Part shown: positions 46,405-54,618 of the stretch, piece after piece
How the letters are laid out: each line of letters begins with the position of its first letter
Numbering within the stretch: the first letter of the stretch is position 1
IMG/VR virus record: IMGVR_UViG_3300032232_001117
Location: 1 to 58,649 of that record
From: a virus
Taxonomy: Duplodnaviria > Caudoviricetes
DNA: 58,649 nt
Strand: one strand, 5' to 3'
Position numbers and translations under genes: made by a program
Notes under the pieces: model-generated
The model's input: only the letters and a program-made list of their open reading frames with translations
Database searches by the model: none
Told to the model about the DNA's origin: nothing

Positions 46405-46835
46405 GAGAACACCCCTTTCATGAGGTCTTGTGCCGAGCCACTAGCAGAGTCGCCTGCCTCGTCAATCTCTACATGGTCGTTATCAAGGAAGCGCATGAGA
46501 GCCGTGTTCATGCCCTTGTAGGTCATGCCCATGATACAGCGAGCAATGTGTGCCTCGTTCTCGCCTGTCTCAATGTCCTGTGCGATTACGCCACCGTAGG
46601 TGACAAGAAAGAATGAGCCGAAGCCCTGTGCGAACACTCGCACCTCATCAGTTGCCAGCAGTTCCCAAGGGTCGTCACCAGTCGCTATGAGCATTGGTGA
46701 GTTGTCTGACATGACTACGACACCACAAGTGCCAAAGTCTAGGGGGGTTGAGGTGTCCTCGGGGTCGTTCGGAATGGGGAGTTGAGCGTCTATCTCTCTT
46801 GCCCACCCGACTAGTTGTTCTTGTGTTATTTCCAT
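46401..46835 (-). CDS. Hypothetical protein (related to 42800..43216)
   Basis: Leaderless ATG; DPWELL...TYGG...ARC...SGSA.DL. Confidence 0.7.
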   Translation of the reverse strand: MEITQEQLVGWAREIDAQLPIPNDPEDTSTPLDFGTCGVVVMSDNSPMLIATGDDPWELLATDEVRVFAQGFGSFFLVTYGGVIAQDIETGENEAHIARCIMGMTYKGMNTALMRFLDNDHVEIDEAGDSASGSAQDLMKGVFS

Positions 46836-46872
46836 AAATCCATTATGCCTTGTAAGCAATGAGGTGACAACC

Positions 46873-47166
46873 TCACGCTACTGAATACTTAGGCTTCACC
46901 TCTTTCGCAATGAACGCACCGAGACTGTCGGCAAGCATGAGGTCAAAGATGACGCTGAACGGCACATTCTCGTAGTGGTAAAAAGTCTCTGACTTCTTGT
47001 ACTGAACGACAAGTTCTTGGTCAGCAAGGTTGTAGTACCAAAACTGAACAGCACTGCTGTTGTTGGGGCATGAGGCGAGGACTTGTCCGTCTCTCTGAAA
47101 GTGCGCCCACTCGCCATTGGCGTAAGTGATTAGGTCTTTGTCTTTGGTGATAGTTGTTGTTGTCAT
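46873..47166 (-). CDS. KTSC-domain-like protein (paralog of 39609..39929)
   Basis: ITYANGE...SCP..SSAV...LVVQYK...YHYENVP...ADSLGAFIAKEVKP.Y. Confidence 0.75.
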   Translation of the reverse strand: MTTTTITKDKDLITYANGEWAHFQRDGQVLASCPNNSSAVQFWYYNLADQELVVQYKKSETFYHYENVPFSVIFDLMLADSLGAFIAKEVKPKYSVA

Positions 47167-47261
47167 AACATCATTATGCCGTGTAAGAGATAAGGAAACA
47201 ACCTCTAAATAAATCTATCTAAGAGGTTGTGGTAGTAGTCCTTACAAGGCACAATGGAGAC

Positions 47262-47681
47262 ATGAGCAACAACAAGCCAATCAGCGTCAAAGTCAAGACG
47301 GATAAACTAATGACTGCCCTCACGGAAGCACTTACTTCTCGTACAGAGGAAGCCAAGGCTCACGCCAAGGCAGAAAAAGACCAAGAAAAAGCCATCAAGG
47401 AATGGGAAACCAAGGTCATTGACTACATAAAGTCAGGCAAGGCAAAGGTGAGCGACATCTCAACTAACCGAAACTGGCGTTCAGAGACAGAGGAAGCCAA
47501 AGTCACCATTACTTTGCCTGCCAGCCTTGCGTTCCCCCAAAGAGAAAACAACCTGCGCCCTCTGTACGAACTGAAAATGGAGATAGAGGAACTGGAAAAC
47601 GCACTCGCACTTCTCAAAATGAGTGACGACGAGTTCATCAACGCAAGCACCTACAAGGGTGTGGCTCGCCTCATCAAGTAA
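47262..47681 (+). CDS. Coiled-coil hypothetical protein
   Basis: Leaderless ATG after a promoter element. Confidence 0.75.
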   Translation: MSNNKPISVKVKTDKLMTALTEALTSRTEEAKAHAKAEKDQEKAIKEWETKVIDYIKSGKAKVSDISTNRNWRSETEEAKVTITLPASLAFPQRENNLRPLYELKMEIEELENALALLKMSDDEFINASTYKGVARLIK

Positions 47682-47697
47682 GTCGCCTCCCAGCGAG

Positions 47698-47741
47698 GGG
47701 AGAGTGGGACACGCACCGACAGGTAGCGACCCTGCTCTCCC
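47698..47741 (+). other. Long imperfect hairpin after the gene (terminator or processing site)
   Basis: GGGAGAGTGGG...CGC-ACC-gaca-GGT-A-GCG...CCTGCTCTCCC. Confidence 0.45.
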
Positions 47742-47839
47742 TAAGGGCGTAGCCCCGGGATTCGCTGAGTGACAATGGTCTCAAAAAATAATTACATAAC
47801 GAGGTTGTTCTTATGCCTAATACACGGCAGGCTGTACAC

Positions 47840-48085
47840 ATGAATACAGCACAAAACTACCAAGTAGCACGAGACAACTCAGGAAAGGTGAACTACGAAG
47901 CGTATAAAAACTGCCGAGGGTTCATCACGGAAAACGGCTTGGACTTCCCAATCGTTATTTCATCTGCTCGTTATCGCTACGGACACCTTGACCTTTTGGT
48001 TACACCAGAAAACGGGACTGGAGCGCGTTGGGTTCAGCGCACCAACATTCGTTTAGAAAATGACCCTGCAGAGGTTGTCGCCTAA
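47840..48085 (+). CDS. Hypothetical protein (YGH.D.LVTP..G.G.RWV)
   Basis: Leaderless ATG after a promoter element. Confidence 0.7.
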   Translation: MNTAQNYQVARDNSGKVNYEAYKNCRGFITENGLDFPIVISSARYRYGHLDLLVTPENGTGARWVQRTNIRLENDPAEVVA

Positions 48086-48108
48086 ATCCTTACAAGGCAT
48101 AATGAAGT

Positions 48109-48300
48109 ATGAAGAGATACATGGTACAAGTAACAGAAAGCATCAACCACTCATACGAGTTTGAAGCAGAGACAGAACAGGATGCCCTAGACGCCTATGA
48201 CCGTCTCACCGAAGCGCAACTCAAGTCACGAGACTTAGACGGAGACAGTGGATGGGACCGTCCATGGGATGTCTACGAAATAGAAGAGGTAACCAAATGA
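48109..48300 (+). CDS. Small acidic protein
   Basis: Leaderless ATG after a promoter element. Confidence 0.7.
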   Translation: MKRYMVQVTESINHSYEFEAETEQDALDAYDRLTEAQLKSRDLDGDSGWDRPWDVYEIEEVTK

Positions 48301-48455
48301 CCATGTCGGTTCCTACCCAGTTAGATGAGTATGAAAAAATCATTACTCGCATTATTGAGATTCTGCGCTTTGACGGCGAAGAGTTCACTGACGGTCAATG
48401 TCTTGACGAAATCATCGAACTCCTCAGGGAGCATGGTCGGGTGGTATTCCCATGA
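48297..48455 (+). CDS. Small hypothetical protein
   Basis: ATGA coupling on both sides. Confidence 0.6.
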   Translation: MTMSVPTQLDEYEKIITRIIEILRFDGEEFTDGQCLDEIIELLREHGRVVFP

Positions 48456-48661
48456 GCACCTTCAACCACATCTTTACCATCAGTTTCGAGGTGCCCAACT
48501 CTGTACAAGAAGACGGGGCTGACTGCATCCAAAAAGAGAAGACTGCAGTTATTGCGTCTTTACTGGAGCGAGTCGACATGCTCTTGCACGATGACAGTGA
48601 ATACCAAAAAGCAATGGAATGGCAGTTGTCATATGGCTCGGAGTCACAATACGGCAAGTGA
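48452..48661 (+). CDS. Small hypothetical protein
   Basis: ATGA coupling. Confidence 0.6.
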   Translation: MSTFNHIFTISFEVPNSVQEDGADCIQKEKTAVIASLLERVDMLLHDDSEYQKAMEWQLSYGSESQYGK

Positions 48662-48775
48662 CTAATAGGTGGAGTCCCCAGCGCGGGGCTGCGCTTTTTG
48701 TCTCTTACTAACTAACACGGTGGTGGAAACCTTGACACACCCCCAGTGTTTCCAAAAAAAAGTCAGTTTTTTGAA

Positions 48776-49015
48776 CTACTCGGCCGCTGCGTCGGAATCA
48801 GAAATGCTGATTTCTTCAACAACTTCTGCTACCACTACTTCTGGGGCTTCTTCTTGAACAGGTTCAGCAGTTGGCATTACGAAAGAATCTGAACCGATTC
48901 CTTGTGGCTCGTCTTTTGCTTTCTTTGCCTTCTTCTTTGGCTCAGCAACAACCTCGGCGACTTGAGCAAGTCCCGCGTTTTTGGCTGCTCTTTCTTCTGG
49001 AGTAAGTTTTCTCAT
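48776..49015 (-). CDS. Low-complexity Lys/Glu/Ala protein
   Basis: GGAAGGA RBS and TATAAT upstream. Confidence 0.6.
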   Translation of the reverse strand: MRKLTPEERAAKNAGLAQVAEVVAEPKKKAKKAKDEPQGIGSDSFVMPTAEPVQEEAPEVVVAEVVEEISISDSDAAAE

Positions 49016-49143
49016 GATATTTCCTTCCCGAAAATCTATAAGATTATAATACAACACCCGGGGCCATCGCCGGCACTGAGCGACTTTTAGATAAATCTTG
49101 ATAAAAGGTTGTCACATAAGCCCTTACACGGCACAATGAATAC

Positions 49144-49323
49144 ATGAACGAATACAAAGACCTAGACACACTTGAAATAACAGAAGAGAACATTGACGAC
49201 ATGCCTGAACTGGAATGTGACTGTGGATACTTCGGGGAAGGCACATGGACATTCCTAAAGCCCTACGACTTTGAGAGTGGCGAGTGGGTCTGCATGAACT
49301 GCAAAGAGGAGATAATCAAATGA
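49144..49323 (+). CDS. 59-aa Zn-ribbon protein (MNEYKDL...CDCG...CMNC)
   Basis: Read by hand; leaderless ATG after the promoter element at 49107. Confidence 0.7.
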   Translation: MNEYKDLDTLEITEENIDDMPELECDCGYFGEGTWTFLKPYDFESGEWVCMNCKEEIIK

Positions 49324-49808
49324 TTACAACAGAACACATAAACGCCATACACAAATCTATGTGGGATGATGCCATTGAGAGACATGGCGACAAGTTCAAA
49401 GTACCTTCTGATGTAATCACACAGATATCAAGCCACACTCGTGCGCTGTATGTACTACAAGGCTGGAATGGGTCGGGCAATCCTGCTCGCTACCTTTCCA
49501 CCTACTCCATACCAACAGAAGTAATCGCCCAAGTTCTCGCTGAATACTGCAACGAAATCGTGGACACCGATGAAATCGGTACCCCACGGCCCCGGCGAGC
49601 AGACAAGTATGACGCTCTTATTGAATGGTCTAAGCAACACATTTTCGAGCAGTTCACTACAGAACAACTAGTGGAGCAATCAGGCTTCTCCTATCCCACT
49701 ACTCTCAAGTTTCTCCAAGATTCTCCTACCTTTAGAAAGGTAAAGAAAGGTCTGTGGGAAGTGCGTGACGCAGACGCAGACAGAAAATCAAAAAAATCTT
49801 CACAGTGA
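49320..49808 (+). CDS. Protein with C-terminal winged-helix domain
   Basis: FTTEQLVEQSGFSYPTTLKFL...FRKVKKGLWEV. Confidence 0.7.
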   Translation: MITTEHINAIHKSMWDDAIERHGDKFKVPSDVITQISSHTRALYVLQGWNGSGNPARYLSTYSIPTEVIAQVLAEYCNEIVDTDEIGTPRPRRADKYDALIEWSKQHIFEQFTTEQLVEQSGFSYPTTLKFLQDSPTFRKVKKGLWEVRDADADRKSKKSSQ

Positions 49809-49845
49809 GGTTGTCACCTTGTTTCTTACAAGGCACAATGAAGTC

Positions 49846-50583
49846 ATGAGTAACAACACACAAACACAAACAGAAACAACCCCACTACCCCAATGCTGGA
49901 AAGATGTGCAGGACTGCATGGACGCTGGCATTGACCGAATCATCCTTTTCGGACCTGCTGGTACTGGCAAGACCTATGCTGGTCTCCACTTCGGAGATGT
50001 GCAGGCTGGCGCACACCGTCTTGTCTGCACCGATGACATGACTTCAATGGATGTGACTGGAGCCTTTATGCCTGATGGGAACGGTAAGTTCTCTTGGGTC
50101 GCTGGCGCTGGTCTCAAGGCTTGGGAAGGCAACGGCGTAACTGGTGGTCGCCTCATCGTGGATGAAGTGGATAAGGCTTCGGGAGATGTGTTCGCACTTC
50201 TACTCGCCATGCTTGACTCTCCTGAATCTGCTTCATGGGAACACCCCGAGACTGGTCGTATCCATCGTCCTAAGCAAGGCTTCTCTGCCGTGATGACCAC
50301 GAACATTGAGAACATGGAAGAACTACCAACGGCGTTGGCTGACCGATTCCCTGTGCGTGTTCGTATCAATGAGCCACACCCGACTGCACTTGAGAAGTTG
50401 TCGGCTGACCTACGCCAGTACGCAGTGCGTATGTGTGACGCAGGCAAGCGCCGAATCTCACTTCGTACCTTTATGGCTTACGACAAGTTGCGTAAGCAAC
50501 TAGGTGACGAGAACGCAAGCCGTATTATCTTTGGCTCCCGAGCGCAAGATGTTCTTGACGCAATCAAGGTGGACAGTATCTAA
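49846..50583 (+). CDS. MoxR/CbbQ-like AAA+ ATPase
   Basis: GPAGTGKT, LIVDEVD, MTTN, ALADRF, ISLR. Confidence 0.88.
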   Translation: MSNNTQTQTETTPLPQCWKDVQDCMDAGIDRIILFGPAGTGKTYAGLHFGDVQAGAHRLVCTDDMTSMDVTGAFMPDGNGKFSWVAGAGLKAWEGNGVTGGRLIVDEVDKASGDVFALLLAMLDSPESASWEHPETGRIHRPKQGFSAVMTTNIENMEELPTALADRFPVRVRINEPHPTALEKLSADLRQYAVRMCDAGKRRISLRTFMAYDKLRKQLGDENASRIIFGSRAQDVLDAIKVDSI

Positions 50584-52076
50584 TGAACCTGCACACTGAA
50601 AACGAAACTGGTCGTATCGCAGAACCCGAGTGGATTCATCGTGACGACACAGAACACGGTGCTTGGCAAGTTGACGACTGTGAAGCAAGGCGAGGAATCC
50701 CTGCAACTTCAATCGTTGACCGACAGATGTTGGCACCGAGAGCAGACACTCCACAAGCGAGAGCAATCCGAGCGCATGAACTAATGCATGCAAAGGTGTC
50801 TCCTGCTGGAGAGTGGGAGCAGTGGCAGAATCGCAAGATAGCGTCCGTAAAGGCGATGGTCGTATGCGAGGAACTACGAGTGAACTATCTCTGTGGCAAG
50901 GCTGGCTTTGATGTGATGACACACCTCACTGACGGAACCGAGACTGCTGATGGTGAACGCTATGCATGCACCAACGACTGGATAGGTGCAGTACACATGA
51001 CAATCGCAACTGCTGGCACTGCAAGCAGTAAGCCGTTTCTCAATGGCGTACGCCGACACAATCGTATGTGGGGTAAAGCACTTCTAAGTATCTCTAAGCG
51101 AGCAATCAAAGAGATGGACAAGGCGAACCTGACTGGCAAGTTGGCTTCTACCGAAACTGACCGAGCAACTGGTCTCGCTCCTAAGGGCTTTATCTTCACC
51201 GAGAAAATGGCTGAATGGGTTGACCGTCTCGCTGGTATGCCACCCGAGAATGTTCAAGAGGAAGAAGAAGGAAAAAGTAAAAAATCTGATTCTTCTACTG
51301 GCGAGGAAAAAGATAGCGACACAATCAAAGTCACTCACTCCAACATTGGAGAGAATAAGCCCAAGCCTCTTAGCGAAAAAGAGTACCTAAACAAAATCAC
51401 TTCTGTCACTCCTGACAGTATGGGTCGTGCTTCTACTCCGTATTGGGGAGAACTCAACATTCTGAAACTTCCACTCACGGTTGTCGCTCAAGGCAATCTC
51501 GGTAAAAAGCGTAGTGCTTCCAACATTGGTCGCTCACCACGCCGACTTCACCGATACATGAGTGACCCACAAAAGCGTATCTTTGACAATAAAAAGCGTG
51601 GCTTGGGTGGAGTGGTCGTTATTGACTGTTCAGGTTCTATGACTCTTACTCGTCACGATGTTCGCAAGATGTTGGACGCTTCACCCGGGGCTACAGTTCT
51701 CGCTTACTCCGACATTGGAGAGGGTCGTCCTAACGCTTGGATTCTCGCTGACAAGGGTCGTATGGTCTCTGACCTTGACTTCCCCGAGATGGGAGCAGGT
51801 AACGGTGTTGACTTCCCTGCTCTTGAGTGGGGCGTGAAGCACCGTCAACATTCATCGGCTCCAGTTATTTGGGTGACCGATGGGGGCGTGTGTGGTCCGA
51901 ATCAAGGATTCTCCACGCTTCTCGCTAACCAATGCACTGCATACGCCAAGGAAAAGAAAGTCGTCATCGTAGAGGACGCTACCAAGGCAGTTGAGACGCT
52001 TGAGAAGTTGAAGGCTGGAGCGCACATTGAGCAGTCTCTCCCTTACATGCTGAAAGACGCTTGGGGGGATAGGTAG
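50583..52076 (+). CDS. Metallopeptidase-like (HExxH) + VWA domain protein, partner of the AAA ATPase
   Basis: HELMH...EE.RVN; MIDAS IDCSGSM, WVTDG. Confidence 0.82.
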   Translation: MNLHTENETGRIAEPEWIHRDDTEHGAWQVDDCEARRGIPATSIVDRQMLAPRADTPQARAIRAHELMHAKVSPAGEWEQWQNRKIASVKAMVVCEELRVNYLCGKAGFDVMTHLTDGTETADGERYACTNDWIGAVHMTIATAGTASSKPFLNGVRRHNRMWGKALLSISKRAIKEMDKANLTGKLASTETDRATGLAPKGFIFTEKMAEWVDRLAGMPPENVQEEEEGKSKKSDSSTGEEKDSDTIKVTHSNIGENKPKPLSEKEYLNKITSVTPDSMGRASTPYWGELNILKLPLTVVAQGNLGKKRSASNIGRSPRRLHRYMSDPQKRIFDNKKRGLGGVVVIDCSGSMTLTRHDVRKMLDASPGATVLAYSDIGEGRPNAWILADKGRMVSDLDFPEMGAGNGVDFPALEWGVKHRQHSSAPVIWVTDGGVCGPNQGFSTLLANQCTAYAKEKKVVIVEDATKAVETLEKLKAGAHIEQSLPYMLKDAWGDR

Positions 52077-52094
52077 CCAAGTAGGTCTCCATGA

Positions 52095-52138
52095 CCTCTC
52101 TGTCGGTACAACTGTTGTTGCTCTTTCCGACAGAGGGG
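52095..52138 (+). terminator. Hairpin after the VWA gene
   Basis: CCTCTCTGTCGG...CCGACAGAGGGG followed by TTGT. Confidence 0.5.
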
Positions 52139-52172
52139 TTGTGGGCTAACTGCTTACAGGGCATAATGGATT

Positions 52173-52379
52173 ATGAACACTTATCGCATTACAGCAAAAT
52201 GGGGAGCGATGGAACTGTCCGAAGAAATGGACATCACTTCCGACTTCTCTCCTGAAATGGAAACTGAATACTGCAAAAACCACATAGTCTCAAAGTGGAC
52301 TCGGTTGTTTGGAGAATCGTTTATCGAAGGTGCTGACGAACTCACCACCAACTCGGTAAAGAAGGAGCAGTATGCCTAA
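52173..52379 (+). CDS. Small hypothetical protein
   Basis: Leaderless ATG after a promoter element. Confidence 0.7.
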   Translation: MNTYRITAKWGAMELSEEMDITSDFSPEMETEYCKNHIVSKWTRLFGESFIEGADELTTNSVKKEQYA

Positions 52380-53178
52380 CTGGTCTAGTACTTCTTTCTC
52401 TGTCCGTGGAACCGAAGCCGAAATCAAGGCTTTCTTCAATGGAGTGAAAGTCGTAAAGAACGAATCTGGGATGAACTCAGAAATCAAGATTCTTGAAGGG
52501 CACCTTCCATGTCCAAAAGAACTCAGTGAGACAACTTCAACATTTGCGTTGAAGGAAATCCCTGAAAACTGGACGAAGATGGTCACTGACGGAGAATGGA
52601 CTCAAGAGGACTACGACAAAAGAGTCGCAGAAAACAACGAACTACTGAAGAGGCAAGAAGAAAACAAAGCCAAGTTCGGGGCTAACGACTGGTACGACTG
52701 GCAGATTCAGAACTGGGGAGTCAAGTGGGGAGACTGCGAGACAAGTTTCTACGAAGAACCCTATCCCACTGGCTACGAAGACATTTGGTGTGTATCGGGC
52801 TACTTCCAAACTCCTTGGGGAACTGCTAGCGAAGGCTTTAGACAAATCTCTGCGAAGTTTCCGAACTGTGCTTTCATGTTTGACTCAGACGAAGAAGCAG
52901 GTTTCTTCTGTGGTATTGAGATTATGCATGACGGAGAGATTCCTTACGAAGAGTTCTTTGCTCCGTGTGACTACGACAAAGAAGTTGATTGGGATGATGA
53001 CGAGTCAATAGACGAACACAACGCATGGAAAGAAACTCTTTCCGACAAAATAAACGACAATGCAACAGCGTGGCTAATGGATAACGGATTCATGCAACCA
53101 AAAGTTGTCCCCATGAAGGTCGCAGTAAAAACTGAGAAAGACAAAACTAAGAAACCTCACTTCTGGAAGTTTGCTTAG
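52372..53178 (+). CDS. DUF1281/YubB ferredoxin-like domain protein
   Basis: MPNW...P.P.EL...DWYDW...NWGVKW...F.TPW. Confidence 0.8.
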   Translation: MPNWSSTSFSVRGTEAEIKAFFNGVKVVKNESGMNSEIKILEGHLPCPKELSETTSTFALKEIPENWTKMVTDGEWTQEDYDKRVAENNELLKRQEENKAKFGANDWYDWQIQNWGVKWGDCETSFYEEPYPTGYEDIWCVSGYFQTPWGTASEGFRQISAKFPNCAFMFDSDEEAGFFCGIEIMHDGEIPYEEFFAPCDYDKEVDWDDDESIDEHNAWKETLSDKINDNATAWLMDNGFMQPKVVPMKVAVKTEKDKTKKPHFWKFA

Positions 53179-53203
53179 TGCTCACTACAAGGCATAATGA
53201 ACT

Positions 53204-53404
53204 ATGAGTATTTACAGAATCACACTTCAGGTGACCTTAGATGTCACGACGGACGACGAAAAAACAGCAGTTTCTCAAGCAGTAGACTTAGTCAAAGAAC
53301 GCATCGGCGATGACGACACCGACCACAGAGACATGTGGGTGACGGGCGTCGCGCGCTCACTAGATGGCGAGTATCTAATATTCTCCCGTGAAGAGAATCA
53401 ATAA
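53204..53404 (+). CDS. Small hypothetical protein
   Basis: Leaderless ATG after a promoter element. Confidence 0.7.
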   Translation: MSIYRITLQVTLDVTTDDEKTAVSQAVDLVKERIGDDDTDHRDMWVTGVARSLDGEYLIFSREENQ

Positions 53405-53498
53405 GTCTGAAACATTTACGGTGGCGGAAAGGCCAGAGGTCGAGAAGACTTTTTCATTTTTTCTGTTTTTTTACGCAGCGCCGCCGGCCACGTGCAAC

Positions 53499-53753
53499 TT
53501 ATTTGAAAAGACTTTTATTCCAAAGACGCAGCACAACAATTCCAAAAGACATAATTCCTGCGTGCTGCCAACTAATGCTGCCCGACAAGATATCACTTCT
53601 AACTAAAAGATTACTAAAACCCCATATGCCTATCGTATACAAAAGACATGTAAAAACCAAGAAACGAATACCTGTCTTCACAACATCTAAAAGATATGCG
53701 CGCTCATCAGCGGAAGAAAGTTCTGGAGCATCCCAGTCTTCGAAATTAGACAT
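53499..53753 (-). CDS. Small membrane protein
   Basis: Two hydrophobic segments. Confidence 0.6.
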   Translation of the reverse strand: MSNFEDWDAPELSSADERAYLLDVVKTGIRFLVFTCLLYTIGIWGFSNLLVRSDILSGSISWQHAGIMSFGIVVLRLWNKSLFK

Positions 53754-54126
53754 TAGACTTTTTTACAATTTGGTGCACGCGTTGGCGGCTCAAGTCGTAA
53801 GAATCTGCAATTTGACGAAGAGTCATTCCCTGGCTGCGCATCTGAAGAATTTCAGAATTTCTGCCAGAATCAGACGCGGGCCCTGGTTTCAAAGGTCCCC
53901 ACTCCCAGCCTGGGAGTCCCGCGAGAATTTCCATTTTTTCTGCGGAGAGCATCGACTTCTTCTGGCGCTGGCGAATGTAACCAACCCATGCTCCGACAGC
54001 AATCTCTTGCCCGTGAAGAATTTCGATATGTACGGCCGGGACTCTGGTGTGCCCAGAGCGTTCGGCGAACTGCAGCAGTGCTGCAACATAAGTATTGAAT
54101 CTAGTTCTGTTGTCCATGGGTGTCAT
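53746..54126 (-). CDS. Helicase-associated (HA) domain + sigma70-region-4-like HTH protein
   Basis: L.QFAER.GHTRVP...VGAWV...RQ...L..LPGW.W; GMTLRQIADSYDLSRQRVHQI. Confidence 0.8.
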   Translation of the reverse strand: MTPMDNRTRFNTYVAALLQFAERSGHTRVPAVHIEILHGQEIAVGAWVGYIRQRQKKSMLSAEKMEILAGLPGWEWGPLKPGPASDSGRNSEILQMRSQGMTLRQIADSYDLSRQRVHQIVKKSNV

Positions 54127-54222
54127 AATAGAACAACATTAGACGGCGTGCGCGAATGCCTATAAATAAATTTTTTTACGATAAACTGTTTACAAGCCGC
54201 TGCGGTGGTGGAAAGGAACCCA

Positions 54223-54618
54223 ATGGGTAAAAAGAAAAAGTGGGAAGACTTCGTATCTTTTGTGCGCAGCGCTTCTGGTCCAGATATTAAAAAATTTATG
54301 AAAGAGGCCCTGGATGAAGATATGGAAAATTTTCTTTTTCTTGCGAACTCTGAAGAACCAGGCGGAATAATAATCCGCGGAATGCATTTTCCAGATTCTG
54401 ACTTACTGGATGCTGAGGGCGTAACCGTTTTTGAAACTTCCGAAGAGCGCGTCTACATCGCTGCTTATAGAAAAAGTACCCTCGAAGAAATTATGCAAAT
54501 AATTCAAGAAACGCTGCCAGAAAAATATCATGATGCCATCTGGGAAAAAGCGATGGAAAAGTTATTGTCCGCTGCTGAGCAAAAAATTGAGGCTGGAGAA
54601 ATCCGTGCTTTTATGTAG
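54223..54618 (+). CDS. Hypothetical protein
   Basis: AAAGGAA RBS before ATG 54223. Confidence 0.65.
   Translation: MGKKKKWEDFVSFVRSASGPDIKKFMKEALDEDMENFLFLANSEEPGGIIIRGMHFPDSDLLDAEGVTVFETSEERVYIAAYRKSTLEEIMQIIQETLPEKYHDAIWEKAMEKLLSAAEQKIEAGEIRAFM

Larger units (their letters stand above)
30891..47203 (-). promoter_or_regulatory. 26 minus-strand copies of a 32-bp promoter element (GGTTGT-N10-CTTACAMGG-CAYAAT-G)
   Basis: Copies (32 bp each) start at + coordinates 30891, 31365, 33550, 34585, 35208, 35898, 36614, 37073, 37391, 37940, 38538, 39170, 39935, 40594, 41012, 41864, 42546, 42633, 43222, 43920, 44483, 44842, 45343, 45617, 46841, 47172; -35/-10 spacing is invariant at 17 bp. Confidence 0.9.
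47225..53199 (+). promoter_or_regulatory. 7 plus-strand copies of the 32-bp promoter element
   Basis: Start at 47225, 47803, 48073, 49107, 49809, 52137, 53168; each has an ATG 5-6 nt after the -10 box. Confidence 0.88.

Noticed and set aside
33545-49845. Recurring N-terminal peptide LTRHN in many predicted ORFs
   Set aside because: It is the translation of the promoter element (CTT ACA AGG CAT AAT). The true starts are the ATGs just downstream, so it is not a protein motif.
30891-53199. CRISPR array or integron attC array as the explanation for the repeats
   Set aside because: The repeats are separated by whole genes of variable length, have -35/-10 geometry, lack attC-type palindromic arms, and no cas or integron integrase gene is in the window.
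53503-54165. 220-aa plus-strand ORF
   Set aside because: It is antisense to two better-supported minus-strand genes (HA/HTH protein and membrane protein).
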